44,087 nucleotides of DNA, taken from Gemmatimonadales bacterium. GTDB lineage: Bacteria > Gemmatimonadota > Gemmatimonadetes > Gemmatimonadales > GWC2-71-9. The notes under the pieces are model-generated. The model searched no databases, had not been told where the DNA came from, and worked only from the letters and a program-made list of their open reading frames with translations. The stretch covers positions 1 through 44,087 of the forward strand of contig JBBDNM010000073.1 of NCBI GenBank assembly GCA_040877595.1, read 5' to 3'. The position numbers and the translations under genes are program-made. This document shows positions 1-7,846 of this stretch, in pieces; the first letter of the stretch is position 1, and every line of letters starts with the position of its first letter.

Positions 1-62
1 AGGCCGACCTCCCGGCCGGGGTACTCAACTAACCGAGCCTCCGGAAAAGCCGGGGCGGTTCA
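1..62 (+). mobile_element. Right end of an IS3-family (IS51 group, IS6110/IS629-like) insertion sequence, truncated by the window start
   Basis: 35-62 GAGCCTCCGGAAAAGCCGGGGCGGTTCA ends in the IS3-type ...CA and matches the IS6110 right inverted repeat as I recall it (GAGTCTCCGGACTCACCGGGGCGGTTCA) at about 23/28. It is preceded by an open frame ending ADLPAGVLN* (TAA 30-32), where a transposase C-terminus would be expected. Confidence 0.8.
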
Positions 63-74
63 CTCAAAGATTCC

Positions 75-305
75 TCAACCGCCGAAAAGAAACGCCTCCG
101 ATTGCTGGGTGAGGAAGCGGCGGGCGTCGGCGTTCTGGAGATTCAGGGCGTAATGGTTGATCAGGGACGTCTGGTGCTTGATCCAGTCCTGCCAGCAGGT
201 GGCGCAGATGGCCTGGAAGACGCGGGTACCCATCGGGCCGGGCATCGGTGGGGCATCGAGGGCCGGCCCGGGCTTGCCACAACGGGCGCAGGTGAAGTCG
301 GCCAT
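75..305 (-). CDS. yggX: Fe(II)-trafficking / oxidative damage protection protein
   Basis: Similar to the YggX family (N-terminal Cys, PxPGxxGxRxxxxI, W..W..HQTxLIN...LN, ARxFL, FLFG). ATG at 305 chosen as start. Confidence 0.85.
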   Translation of the reverse strand: MADFTCARCGKPGPALDAPPMPGPMGTRVFQAICATCWQDWIKHQTSLINHYALNLQNADARRFLTQQSEAFLFGG

Positions 306-340
306 GGGCGACAAATGTAAGCCCCAAGCTAGGTTTCGGC

Positions 341-544
341 ATGGTTTCCGGCCATGACGCAGTGGGACTTTGCCGCAGCTGCCGGCATCACCGGGAGATT
401 ACGACTCAGGAGTCCGTCTTCTGGCGCTGCGGGCGGTCGGACACGGATCCGGCGTATCCGCGTTATCCGCAGCTACCGGTTCACGCCTGTGCCGGTTACG
501 AACGCTTGCCAATGCCCCCGACGGATGGTGACCTTACGCCATGA
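341..544 (+). CDS. Small conserved Cys-rich hypothetical protein (CxxC...C...YPxLPVxxCxGY)
   Basis: 67 aa ORF with four Cys. Its stop overlaps the next start (ATGA) and a TAGGTT box lies 5 nt upstream. Confidence 0.7.
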   Translation: MVSGHDAVGLCRSCRHHREITTQESVFWRCGRSDTDPAYPRYPQLPVHACAGYERLPMPPTDGDLTP

Positions 545-1800
545 CCCGATTCTTCGTTTATATGGTCGCGGCGAGCCTGACGCTCCCGGTGGCTGCGCAG
601 CGGGGCGATCCACACCTCGCCCGCGCCCGGGCGATTCTCCGGGAAGTGCCGTTGGTGGACGGCCACAACGACTTGCCTTGGGAACTCCGCAGCAACTGGG
701 CCCTCACGTTCGACTCTCTCGACATCCGGCGCACCACGCCAAATCACACCGATATCGCCCGACTGCGCTCGGGCATGGTGGGGGCGCAGTTCTGGTCCAC
801 CTACACGCCGTCAAGCTTCGGGCCGGGCCATATCGCTGCCCGCGGCGCGATGGAGCAGAACGACGTCGTCTATCGGCTAGTGGAGCGGTACCCGGACGTG
901 TTCGAGATCGCCCTCACCGCCGAAGACGTGTGGCGCATTTTCCGGGCCGGCAAGATCGCCTCGATGCTGGGCTTGGAGGGCGGGCACATGATCGAGAACT
1001 CGCTTGGCGCACTCCGGGCGTTCTATCGGGACGGCGTGCGGTACATGACGCTCACGCACTCCCGGAACACCGACTGGGCCGACGCGTCGACCGACACGCT
1101 GGCCCACGGGGGGCTCACGCGGTTTGGCGACGAGGTGGTCCGGGAGATGAACCGGCTGGGCATGCTGGTGGATATCTCGCACGTAGCGGACTCGACCATG
1201 TGGGACGTGCTCCGCGTATCGGAGGCGCCGGTCATCTTCTCGCATTCCTCCTCGCGGCACTTTGCCCCGCACCCGCGCAACGTCCCGGACGATGTCGCCC
1301 GGGCCCTGGCGCAGAACGATGGGGTCATCATGGTGACGTTCGTGCCGGGGTTCATTCATGGGCCGACGTACGAGTGGGGCCAGCGGCAGGACAGCATCCG
1401 ACGCGCGTCGGGTGACGCGGCGGCGCAGGGGTGGGCGCAGGCCAACCCGACCCCGATGCCGGACCTCGGCGTGATCGCCGATCACCTGGAACACCTGCGC
1501 GACGTGGCTGGTGTGGATCACGTCGGCATTGGCGGAGATTTTGACGGTATCGGTTCGGTGCCGGTCGGTCTTGAGGATGTGTCCACGTATCCTGCGCTGG
1601 TCGCGGAGTTGTTGCGGCGCGGGTGGAGTGACGGCGACGTCAAGAAGGTCGTGGGCTTGAACGCCTTGCGGGTGATGGCGGAGGCGGAACGGGTGGCGGC
1701 GCGGTTGCAGCGTGAGCGAGCCCCGAGCACGGCACAGATTGAAATCCTCGACGGCTGGGAGACTTCACCACCGTGGCGCGTACCCTCCTCGCGGCCGTAG
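541..1800 (+). CDS. Exported membrane/renal-type dipeptidase (peptidase M19)
   Basis: Signal peptide; DGHNDLPW, GAQFWS, GLEGGH, TLTH, DISH, FSHSS and GIGGDFDG motifs. Confidence 0.93.
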   Translation: MTRFFVYMVAASLTLPVAAQRGDPHLARARAILREVPLVDGHNDLPWELRSNWALTFDSLDIRRTTPNHTDIARLRSGMVGAQFWSTYTPSSFGPGHIAARGAMEQNDVVYRLVERYPDVFEIALTAEDVWRIFRAGKIASMLGLEGGHMIENSLGALRAFYRDGVRYMTLTHSRNTDWADASTDTLAHGGLTRFGDEVVREMNRLGMLVDISHVADSTMWDVLRVSEAPVIFSHSSSRHFAPHPRNVPDDVARALAQNDGVIMVTFVPGFIHGPTYEWGQRQDSIRRASGDAAAQGWAQANPTPMPDLGVIADHLEHLRDVAGVDHVGIGGDFDGIGSVPVGLEDVSTYPALVAELLRRGWSDGDVKKVVGLNALRVMAEAERVAARLQRERAPSTAQIEILDGWETSPPWRVPSSRP

Positions 1801-2219
1801 TCGCCCTCGCCGCGTGCGGTGGGCCGGACCTGGAGTCCCTCAAGGCGGACGAGCTTGAGGGCGCGCAGGCGGCGTTTCTCGAGAATATCGCCGCCATTAA
1901 CGCCCGAGATGTCGAGCGATACCTCGCCGGGTACGTGCGATCGGATGACTTGGTGACGCTGAGTCCTGAGGGGTTGGTACAGGGATTCACGTCACTCGAC
2001 GCCAGTCGGCGGGCGTCGGATATGTGGCCCGATACGCTGGTGGCCGGGCGGCCACACCTGGTGTGGCTCGGTCCGGGTGTGGTGTGGGGGGCGTATCAGT
2101 ATGTTGCAGTACAGGGTGGGGAGAGTGCGGAGGGGTGGTCGGAGCGGGTGTTCGTCAAGACCGCGGGCGGGTGGAAGATCGCGGTCACCGGAGTCATCCC
2201 CAGTGGAGCAACACCATGA
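1773..2219 (+). CDS. NTF2/SnoaL-like (DUF4440-type) lipoprotein
   Basis: Lipobox LAAC, helix followed by beta strands, C-terminal 'VFVKTAGGWKI' typical of the NTF2-like fold. GTG start uncertain. Confidence 0.7.
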   Translation: MARTLLAAVVALAACGGPDLESLKADELEGAQAAFLENIAAINARDVERYLAGYVRSDDLVTLSPEGLVQGFTSLDASRRASDMWPDTLVAGRPHLVWLGPGVVWGAYQYVAVQGGESAEGWSERVFVKTAGGWKIAVTGVIPSGATP

Positions 2220-2689
2220 TGTTCAGGCTCACGATTCTCTTGCCCCTGTTGTCCCTCCTCCTCTCGCCCGTAGCGGCACAAGACACGCACCAAATGCACC
2301 ATCAGCGCCAGGCGATCCGGATGCCCGGGTCGGCGGAGGGGCTGCCGTACTCGTCGGCAATCCGCGTGGGGCCGATGTTGTATTTGTCGGGTCAGGTTGG
2401 TGTGGTGCCCGGTTCGCGTACGCTGGCGCCGGGCGGCATCGAGGCCGAAACGCGCCAGGTCCTGGACAACATCAAGGCCGTCCTCGAGCATGCGGGGTCG
2501 TCCATGACCCGCGTGGTGAAGTGTACGGTGTTTCTGCTGGATATTGCGGACTATGCCGCAATGAATCGGGTGTACGCGAGTTACTTCCCGACGGACCCGC
2601 CGGCACGGAGCGCCTTCGCGACATCGGGCCTGCCGCTCAATGCCCGAGTTGAGATTGAGTGTATCGCCCTGGTCGGGGAGGTGATGTGA
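2216..2689 (+). CDS. RidA/YjgF/YER057c family protein with N-terminal signal peptide
   Basis: PYS.A, LYLSGQ, NIKAVL, VVKCTVFL, MNxVY, PPARS (catalytic Arg) and VEIECIA. ATG at 2216 overlaps the upstream stop. Confidence 0.9.
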   Translation: MMFRLTILLPLLSLLLSPVAAQDTHQMHHQRQAIRMPGSAEGLPYSSAIRVGPMLYLSGQVGVVPGSRTLAPGGIEAETRQVLDNIKAVLEHAGSSMTRVVKCTVFLLDIADYAAMNRVYASYFPTDPPARSAFATSGLPLNARVEIECIALVGEVM

Positions 2690-3207
2690 AGGTCCGCCGC
2701 CAGCTGGAGCGCTTGAAAGAAATGACCTTGGGCGACCTGAAGGATGTGAAGGGGGCGGCGTGGCATGAGGCACCGACAGGGAAGTGGTCGCTGGCGCAGA
2801 TCGTGGACCACTTGGCGCGTGCGATTGACACGATCGTCGGAGCCTTTGAGGCGCAGGCCGATGTGCCTCCGCGTCCGCGCCATGCCACGCCGCGTCAACA
2901 CCTGCTGCGCCACCTGATGCTTGGCGCCAACCAGTTGCCGAGCCCGCGGGCCATCAGTGAGCGCAACCGACCGAGTGACCGTCCCGATCCGGAGATGGTG
3001 ACGGCCGCGTTCCGCATGGCGGTCGAGCGACTCACGGAACTCACGGAGTCGTGGCCGGCCCCAAAGCAGGAAGGCCTCTTCGTGCCGCACCCGGTGCTGG
3101 GCGAGCTCAATCTGCCGGAGTGGGCGCGGTTCTTCTATGTGCGTGGACTGCAATACGCGCACCAGATCGGCGTCCGGCGCCGTTGGCTCGGGCGACGCGC
3201 TTCCTGA
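2686..3207 (+). CDS. DinB/DUF1569-like four-helix protein
   Basis: GKWSLAQIVDHL and HPVLGELNLPEW motifs; GTGA overlap with the RidA stop. Confidence 0.75.
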   Translation: MKVRRQLERLKEMTLGDLKDVKGAAWHEAPTGKWSLAQIVDHLARAIDTIVGAFEAQADVPPRPRHATPRQHLLRHLMLGANQLPSPRAISERNRPSDRPDPEMVTAAFRMAVERLTELTESWPAPKQEGLFVPHPVLGELNLPEWARFFYVRGLQYAHQIGVRRRWLGRRAS

Positions 3208-3770
3208 TCATTGCGTTCGTACTCGGCGTGGCGACCCCTGCGATAGCCCAGGGGACGCCAGGTTGGGTGCGCTTTGTGGCCGGCGCGGTCAGTTCGGTGC
3301 TCGTGCATGAGGCGGGGCACGTGACCGCCGCAGCCGTCCTTGGTGGTTCTCCCTCTGTTGGCTTCGATCGTGCCCGCCCGGTGGTCTATTCCGGCCTCGA
3401 CCCGGCGCTGGATCCCGACGCCCAGTTCGTCTTTTCGGCCTCCGGCATGAGTGTGCAGTTGCTGCTCAACGAGGCGCTTCTGGCGTGGCCGCATGAGACG
3501 GGCGAGCCGGCCGGCCCGCTTGAGCGCGGGGTGCTGGCAGGTGGTATCGGCACCGTGCTGTTCTACTTTACCATCGGTCGGAGCGCGTCGGTGAGCGATG
3601 TGCAGCAAATGGCGCAGTACTCCGGTCTGTCCAAGTGGACCTTGGGGGCGATGTTCGGTGGGGTGGCTGCTCTCGAAGCGGTGCGGATCTGGCGCAGCGA
3701 CCGCTATGGTCCGCATTTCTTTGTGCTGCCGGGGCCGGAACGGACGGTGCGCGTTGGGGTGGCGTACTAG
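3183..3770 (+). CDS. Hypothetical exported/membrane protein with HExxH motif
   Basis: Signal-like N-terminus, HEAGH in a hydrophobic helix, further hydrophobic segments. TTG start at 3183 inferred. Confidence 0.65.
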   Translation: MARATRFLIIAFVLGVATPAIAQGTPGWVRFVAGAVSSVLVHEAGHVTAAAVLGGSPSVGFDRARPVVYSGLDPALDPDAQFVFSASGMSVQLLLNEALLAWPHETGEPAGPLERGVLAGGIGTVLFYFTIGRSASVSDVQQMAQYSGLSKWTLGAMFGGVAALEAVRIWRSDRYGPHFFVLPGPERTVRVGVAY

Positions 3771-3842
3771 TCCCAGCTGCCCTGACCCCTGAGAGGAACC
3801 CCATGGTTGATCTCATCGCAGACGTCCGTTTGTGAGGCCCTG

Positions 3843-4073
3843 ATGCCTTTCAAGTATCGCTTGGTGTTTGCGTTGCTCGGTGTCCTGCTGCTTTGCAGCG
3901 GTTTGCTCGGGCTGTACGTCAGCCCTCGGCTCGCGGGTTGGCCGCAGTTGCGTGGTGTACTCGGCGGACTGATCGCCGCCGGCTTGGGTGCGCGAGTGAC
4001 GTGGTATGCCTACGACAATCGATTGCCGGAGTGGCTCACTGCCGTGCTGGGAGATCCGGAGGGGCGAGAATGA
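3843..4073 (+). CDS. Small two-TM membrane protein
   Basis: Two hydrophobic helices; GAGG upstream of ATG 3843. Confidence 0.6.
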   Translation: MPFKYRLVFALLGVLLLCSGLLGLYVSPRLAGWPQLRGVLGGLIAAGLGARVTWYAYDNRLPEWLTAVLGDPEGRE

Positions 4074-4194
4074 ATAGCCAGGCCGCATGTGACGGTGGCT
4101 CAAAGAGTTACGGGCCAGTGACTGGGGCGGTTACCCGGCGCACCTAGCGCCATCCCGGGTCTCGGGCCATTGTTGGGAAGGACGACCGAACCCC

Positions 4195-5604
4195 ATGATC
4201 TGCCCCCGCTGCCAACTCGGCGACCTCACCCCGGGCGAGACCTGCCCGCATTGCGCGTTCGTGATCCTGGCGGACGCGAGCGTCGACGATGCCATGCTCA
4301 AGGAACTCGAGCGCGTGGCCCGCAGTGAACTCGAAGGCGACTTCGATATCGAACGTGTGCTCGGTCGAGGCGGCATGTCCGTGGTGTTCCTCGCCCGTGA
4401 AAGCGAACTGGGCCGTCACGTTGCCCTGAAGGTGTTGCCACTCCAGCTGTCCTTCGGGCCCGATGCCGCGGAACGATTCAAGCGCGAAGCCCGTATCGCT
4501 GCCGGCCTCGATCACCCGCACATCGTGCCCGTGCACCGTGTGGGCTCTTCGCCCCGGCTCATGTGGTACTCCATGAAGTACGTCCGCGGCGCGAGCCTCG
4601 CTACCGTGCTCAATCGCGATGGCGCCCTGCCGCTCGACATCACGCGCCGCCTGATTGGCACGGTTGCGGGCGCCCTCCAAAGCGCGCACGACCGCGGCAT
4701 TGTCCACCGCGACGTGAAACCCGGCAACTTCATGATTGACGAGCGCGGCTGGGCCTGGGTGGCCGACTTCGGGGTGGCCAAGGCGTTCGGTGCCGTCCCG
4801 CTTACGCAGACCGGCGGCGCACTCGGTACGCCAGGCTACATGGCCCCAGAGCAGTTCTACGGTCGCGAACTGGACCACCGGGCCGATCAGTACGCGCTTG
4901 CGGTGGTCACCTACGAGTGCCTCGCCGGCGCCCCGCCCTTCATGGCCCACTCGCTGGGCGAGTACGTCCACAAACACACCCAGGTGCCGGCACCGGACAT
5001 CCGGCAGATCGCCCCGGACGTGCCCGACGACGTGGCGCAGGCTGTGGCCAAGGCGCTGAACAAGCAACCCGAGGGCCGCTTCAGCTCCATCGTGGAGTTT
5101 GCCACGGCAATCGGCGCGCCGAATGACTCCCAGGCCCTGCCGTCGATCGCGGCGTCCACAACGGTGGAGCACTCGGTCACGTCACCGATGGACCGTCCCA
5201 CGACCCCCATCACGCTGCAGCCCCGTCGCTTGCACGCTGTGCCGCGCCTCACTCGCCCTCGTGCGATCGCCGCCGCAGCGGCCATCGTCGTGCTGGGCCT
5301 GATCGGGGCCCTGACACTTCCCGATGGTGACACGCCAGACGAGGCGATCGTTCCAGAAAGCACCCTCGTACCGGCGAGCGGACCAGGCACGCTGATTCTT
5401 ACCACCATCCCCATCGGGACGTTAAGCATTGATGGCCGTCCGGCGGGTGAGGCGCACACGTTCCCTGACGGGGTCTCGTTGCCCGTCGGCCAGCACGAAT
5501 TGCGGGTCACCCATCGTGGGTTTGTGCCGTGGGTGGATACCGTCACGGTGCGCCCAGGAGACACGATTCGCCGCGTCGCGATTCCGCTCCGCGCCATCCA
5601 GTGA
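4195..5604 (+). CDS. Hanks-type Ser/Thr protein kinase with N-terminal Zn ribbon, TM helix and C-terminal PEGA-like domain
   Basis: CPRC/CPHC; LGRGGMSVV, VALK, HRDVKPGN, DFG and GTPGYMAPE; TM 'AIAAAAAIVVLGLIGAL'; PEGA-like beta domain. Confidence 0.93.
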   Translation: MICPRCQLGDLTPGETCPHCAFVILADASVDDAMLKELERVARSELEGDFDIERVLGRGGMSVVFLARESELGRHVALKVLPLQLSFGPDAAERFKREARIAAGLDHPHIVPVHRVGSSPRLMWYSMKYVRGASLATVLNRDGALPLDITRRLIGTVAGALQSAHDRGIVHRDVKPGNFMIDERGWAWVADFGVAKAFGAVPLTQTGGALGTPGYMAPEQFYGRELDHRADQYALAVVTYECLAGAPPFMAHSLGEYVHKHTQVPAPDIRQIAPDVPDDVAQAVAKALNKQPEGRFSSIVEFATAIGAPNDSQALPSIAASTTVEHSVTSPMDRPTTPITLQPRRLHAVPRLTRPRAIAAAAAIVVLGLIGALTLPDGDTPDEAIVPESTLVPASGPGTLILTTIPIGTLSIDGRPAGEAHTFPDGVSLPVGQHELRVTHRGFVPWVDTVTVRPGDTIRRVAIPLRAIQ

Positions 5605-6572
5605 TTCGCCCGCTGTTCCTACTGCTGCTCGCGGCTGGTCCGTTGGGCGCTCAGGCGCCACGCGCCCTGTTGGAAGAGGCGCGCCAGGCCTACCTGCAGC
5701 TCGAGCTTGAGCGCGCGCGCGCGCTGGCGCTTCGCGTGCTCGACGGGGAGCGCGCCGCCACAGCGCCCGACAGGGCCAACGCGCTCATGCTGCTCGGTAC
5801 GATTGCCGTGCTGCAACGTCGCGAGCCGGAGGCCCTGACACGCTTCAGCGCCCTGATCGCGCAGGCGCCGCGGTACCAACCCGACACGCTCATCACGCCG
5901 TCCGAGCCCCTGCAGGTGTTCCGGCGCGCGCGCGAGAATACCAAGGCGACCGATGTGGAAGCGTGGGGAGGTACCACCCTGCGCGCAACCGTGCGCGTAT
6001 CGTCGTTGCACCAGGTGACGGTGGTGGTGCTCGGTCGTGCGGGCGACACGGTGGAGGTCCTCTGGTCCGGGCCCATCCGTGATGAGGCGCCGGTCACCTG
6101 GAGTCCCATGCAGGCGGAGGGACGGCTTACCCTCGTGAGCGCGTCGATCGTGCAGGGGCGCGTGGTCCGTGAGGTTCGCCTCCCGCTTGAGGTGACTCGC
6201 CGCGCGCAGGATACGTTGCCTCTGCCAGTCGCCCCCCGGCTTCAGCCGGTCAGTGAACTCGCGAGCAGCGATTGGCGACTGTTGGCGGGAGGTCTCGGAG
6301 CCGGATTCGTCGTGTTGGCGCTCCCACCACTTGTGGGGTGGGAAACCAGTGCCGCCGCGCGCGGTGTTCTCGCACTTGGTCTCGGCGCCGGGGGCTTTGT
6401 GCTGTATCGCCGAGCGACGTCCGGCGAGGGGGCGGAGGTGGCGGCCGCCAATGCTCGGGCGCGCGCCCAGTGGGAGCGGGAGAGGCGCACCCGGATACAG
6501 GAGAACGCGCGGCGGCGTGCGCAGGTGGTGGTGGACGTGCGGGTCGGTGCGGGGGTGCGGGTCGAGCGGTAG
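5601..6572 (+). CDS. Exported TPR-like/membrane protein coupled to the kinase
   Basis: GTGA overlap with the kinase stop, signal peptide, TPR-like helices and two C-terminal hydrophobic segments. Confidence 0.7.
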   Translation: MIRPLFLLLLAAGPLGAQAPRALLEEARQAYLQLELERARALALRVLDGERAATAPDRANALMLLGTIAVLQRREPEALTRFSALIAQAPRYQPDTLITPSEPLQVFRRARENTKATDVEAWGGTTLRATVRVSSLHQVTVVVLGRAGDTVEVLWSGPIRDEAPVTWSPMQAEGRLTLVSASIVQGRVVREVRLPLEVTRRAQDTLPLPVAPRLQPVSELASSDWRLLAGGLGAGFVVLALPPLVGWETSAAARGVLALGLGAGGFVLYRRATSGEGAEVAAANARARAQWERERRTRIQENARRRAQVVVDVRVGAGVRVER

Positions 6573-6778
6573 GGCCGGTTCGACCCCCCCAAGGAAAAAC
6601 GAGGCTTCGCCGGAGGGTCGCGGTACCTCCGAAGATGTACGTCCAATCTCACCCATTCGATCAATACCCCACCAATCGCGTCGTACGTACTGTGTCTTCG
6701 TAGCAGGGCAACCGTGTCTGCACGATGGGGAAGCGAAGCGAATGCTGCCGGAGCAGCTCACTCAGCCGATTGACTACC

Positions 6779-7000
6779 ATGAAACTGTTGATGATTGCAG
6801 GACTCGTGCTCGCAGGGCTTGGCGTCTACAGCCTCACCGAAGGCCTCAGCTACGGCTCCGATAGCAGCGTCGTGAGGGTCGGCGACTTCCAGGTATCCGC
6901 CGAGGCAGAACGTGCGGTTCCTCGGTGGGCTGGTTGGCTTGCCGTGCTTGGTGGCGTGGCACTCATCGGCGCCGGCGTCGGCAGGCGGCGTTCGCGCTGA
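6779..7000 (+). CDS. Small two-TM membrane protein (DUF3185-like)
   Basis: MKLLMIAGLVLAGLG...VVRVGD...VPRWAGWLAVLGGVALIGAG pattern. Confidence 0.75.
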   Translation: MKLLMIAGLVLAGLGVYSLTEGLSYGSDSSVVRVGDFQVSAEAERAVPRWAGWLAVLGGVALIGAGVGRRRSR

Positions 7001-7018
7001 GCCTTCGCGCCCACAACA

Positions 7019-7846
7019 TCAAGAGTGTGCCGCGACCACCCCCGGCGCCATCGGCATCGCCAGCGTCCCCGCTCGGGTCAGCGCTTCTGCCATCGCCTCT
7101 GCTACACCGTCAGCAATCGCGACATCCGTGATTGCGAGCACGGTGGATCCGGCGCCCGAGATGGTGACGCCCCACGCTCCGCTATCCAGCCCTGCCGCCA
7201 CCGCGTCGTCATATCCCGGGATGAGATCCTTACGTACGGGCACTGCCAGACGGTCGTCCATGCCGTAGTCAACGAGGTCCGCATCACCATGCACCAGCCC
7301 ATGCACCAGCGCCGCGGCACGCTGGGCTTGCTGGACCACGATAGCGCGCGGTACTTCGAGCGGGAGCCGCTCGCGCGCGGTCCGGGTAGCAACGATCAAC
7401 TCCGGTACGGCCAGTGCCACCCCAATGGACCGGTGCAGCGGGAGCCGGGTGGGTTTGTGCGCGGCAAGCACCAGTCCGCCGTAGATCGCGGGCCCCACGT
7501 TGTCCGGATGCCCCTCGCGCACCACCGCTTCGCGGTAGAGGTCGTCGCTCGTGAGACCTGCCAGTCGCAGGGCCGCGACGGTCGCCGCCGCCGAGCTTCC
7601 CAGCCCGCGGCCCACCGGAATCTGCGATGTGACCCGCAACCGCCGGCCCTTGATCTGCCCCAGTTCCGAGAGAATGGCGACCATGAGGTCCTGATTCGGG
7701 TCCAGCTCGGCCAGCGTGCCGCCGTATTCCGGCTCGCCGCGGCCCGGCTCGAGTGTGGCTTCCAGCCACAAGTCCAGCGCGAGTCCAAGACAATCAAACC
7801 CGGCACCCAGATTGGATGTCGACGCGGACACGCGCACGGTGTTCAT
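7019..7846 (-). CDS. thrB: Homoserine kinase
   Basis: ASTSNLGAGFDCLG, IPVGRGLGSSAA (GHMP motif), EGHPDN and ISGAGST. Confidence 0.93.
   Translation of the reverse strand: MNTVRVSASTSNLGAGFDCLGLALDLWLEATLEPGRGEPEYGGTLAELDPNQDLMVAILSELGQIKGRRLRVTSQIPVGRGLGSSAAATVAALRLAGLTSDDLYREAVVREGHPDNVGPAIYGGLVLAAHKPTRLPLHRSIGVALAVPELIVATRTARERLPLEVPRAIVVQQAQRAAALVHGLVHGDADLVDYGMDDRLAVPVRKDLIPGYDDAVAAGLDSGAWGVTISGAGSTVLAITDVAIADGVAEAMAEALTRAGTLAMPMAPGVVAAHS

Noticed and set aside
6572-6592. tRNA fragment or att site (GGTTCGAC)
   Set aside because: No proper T-stem, acceptor stem or cloverleaf, and no integrase nearby.
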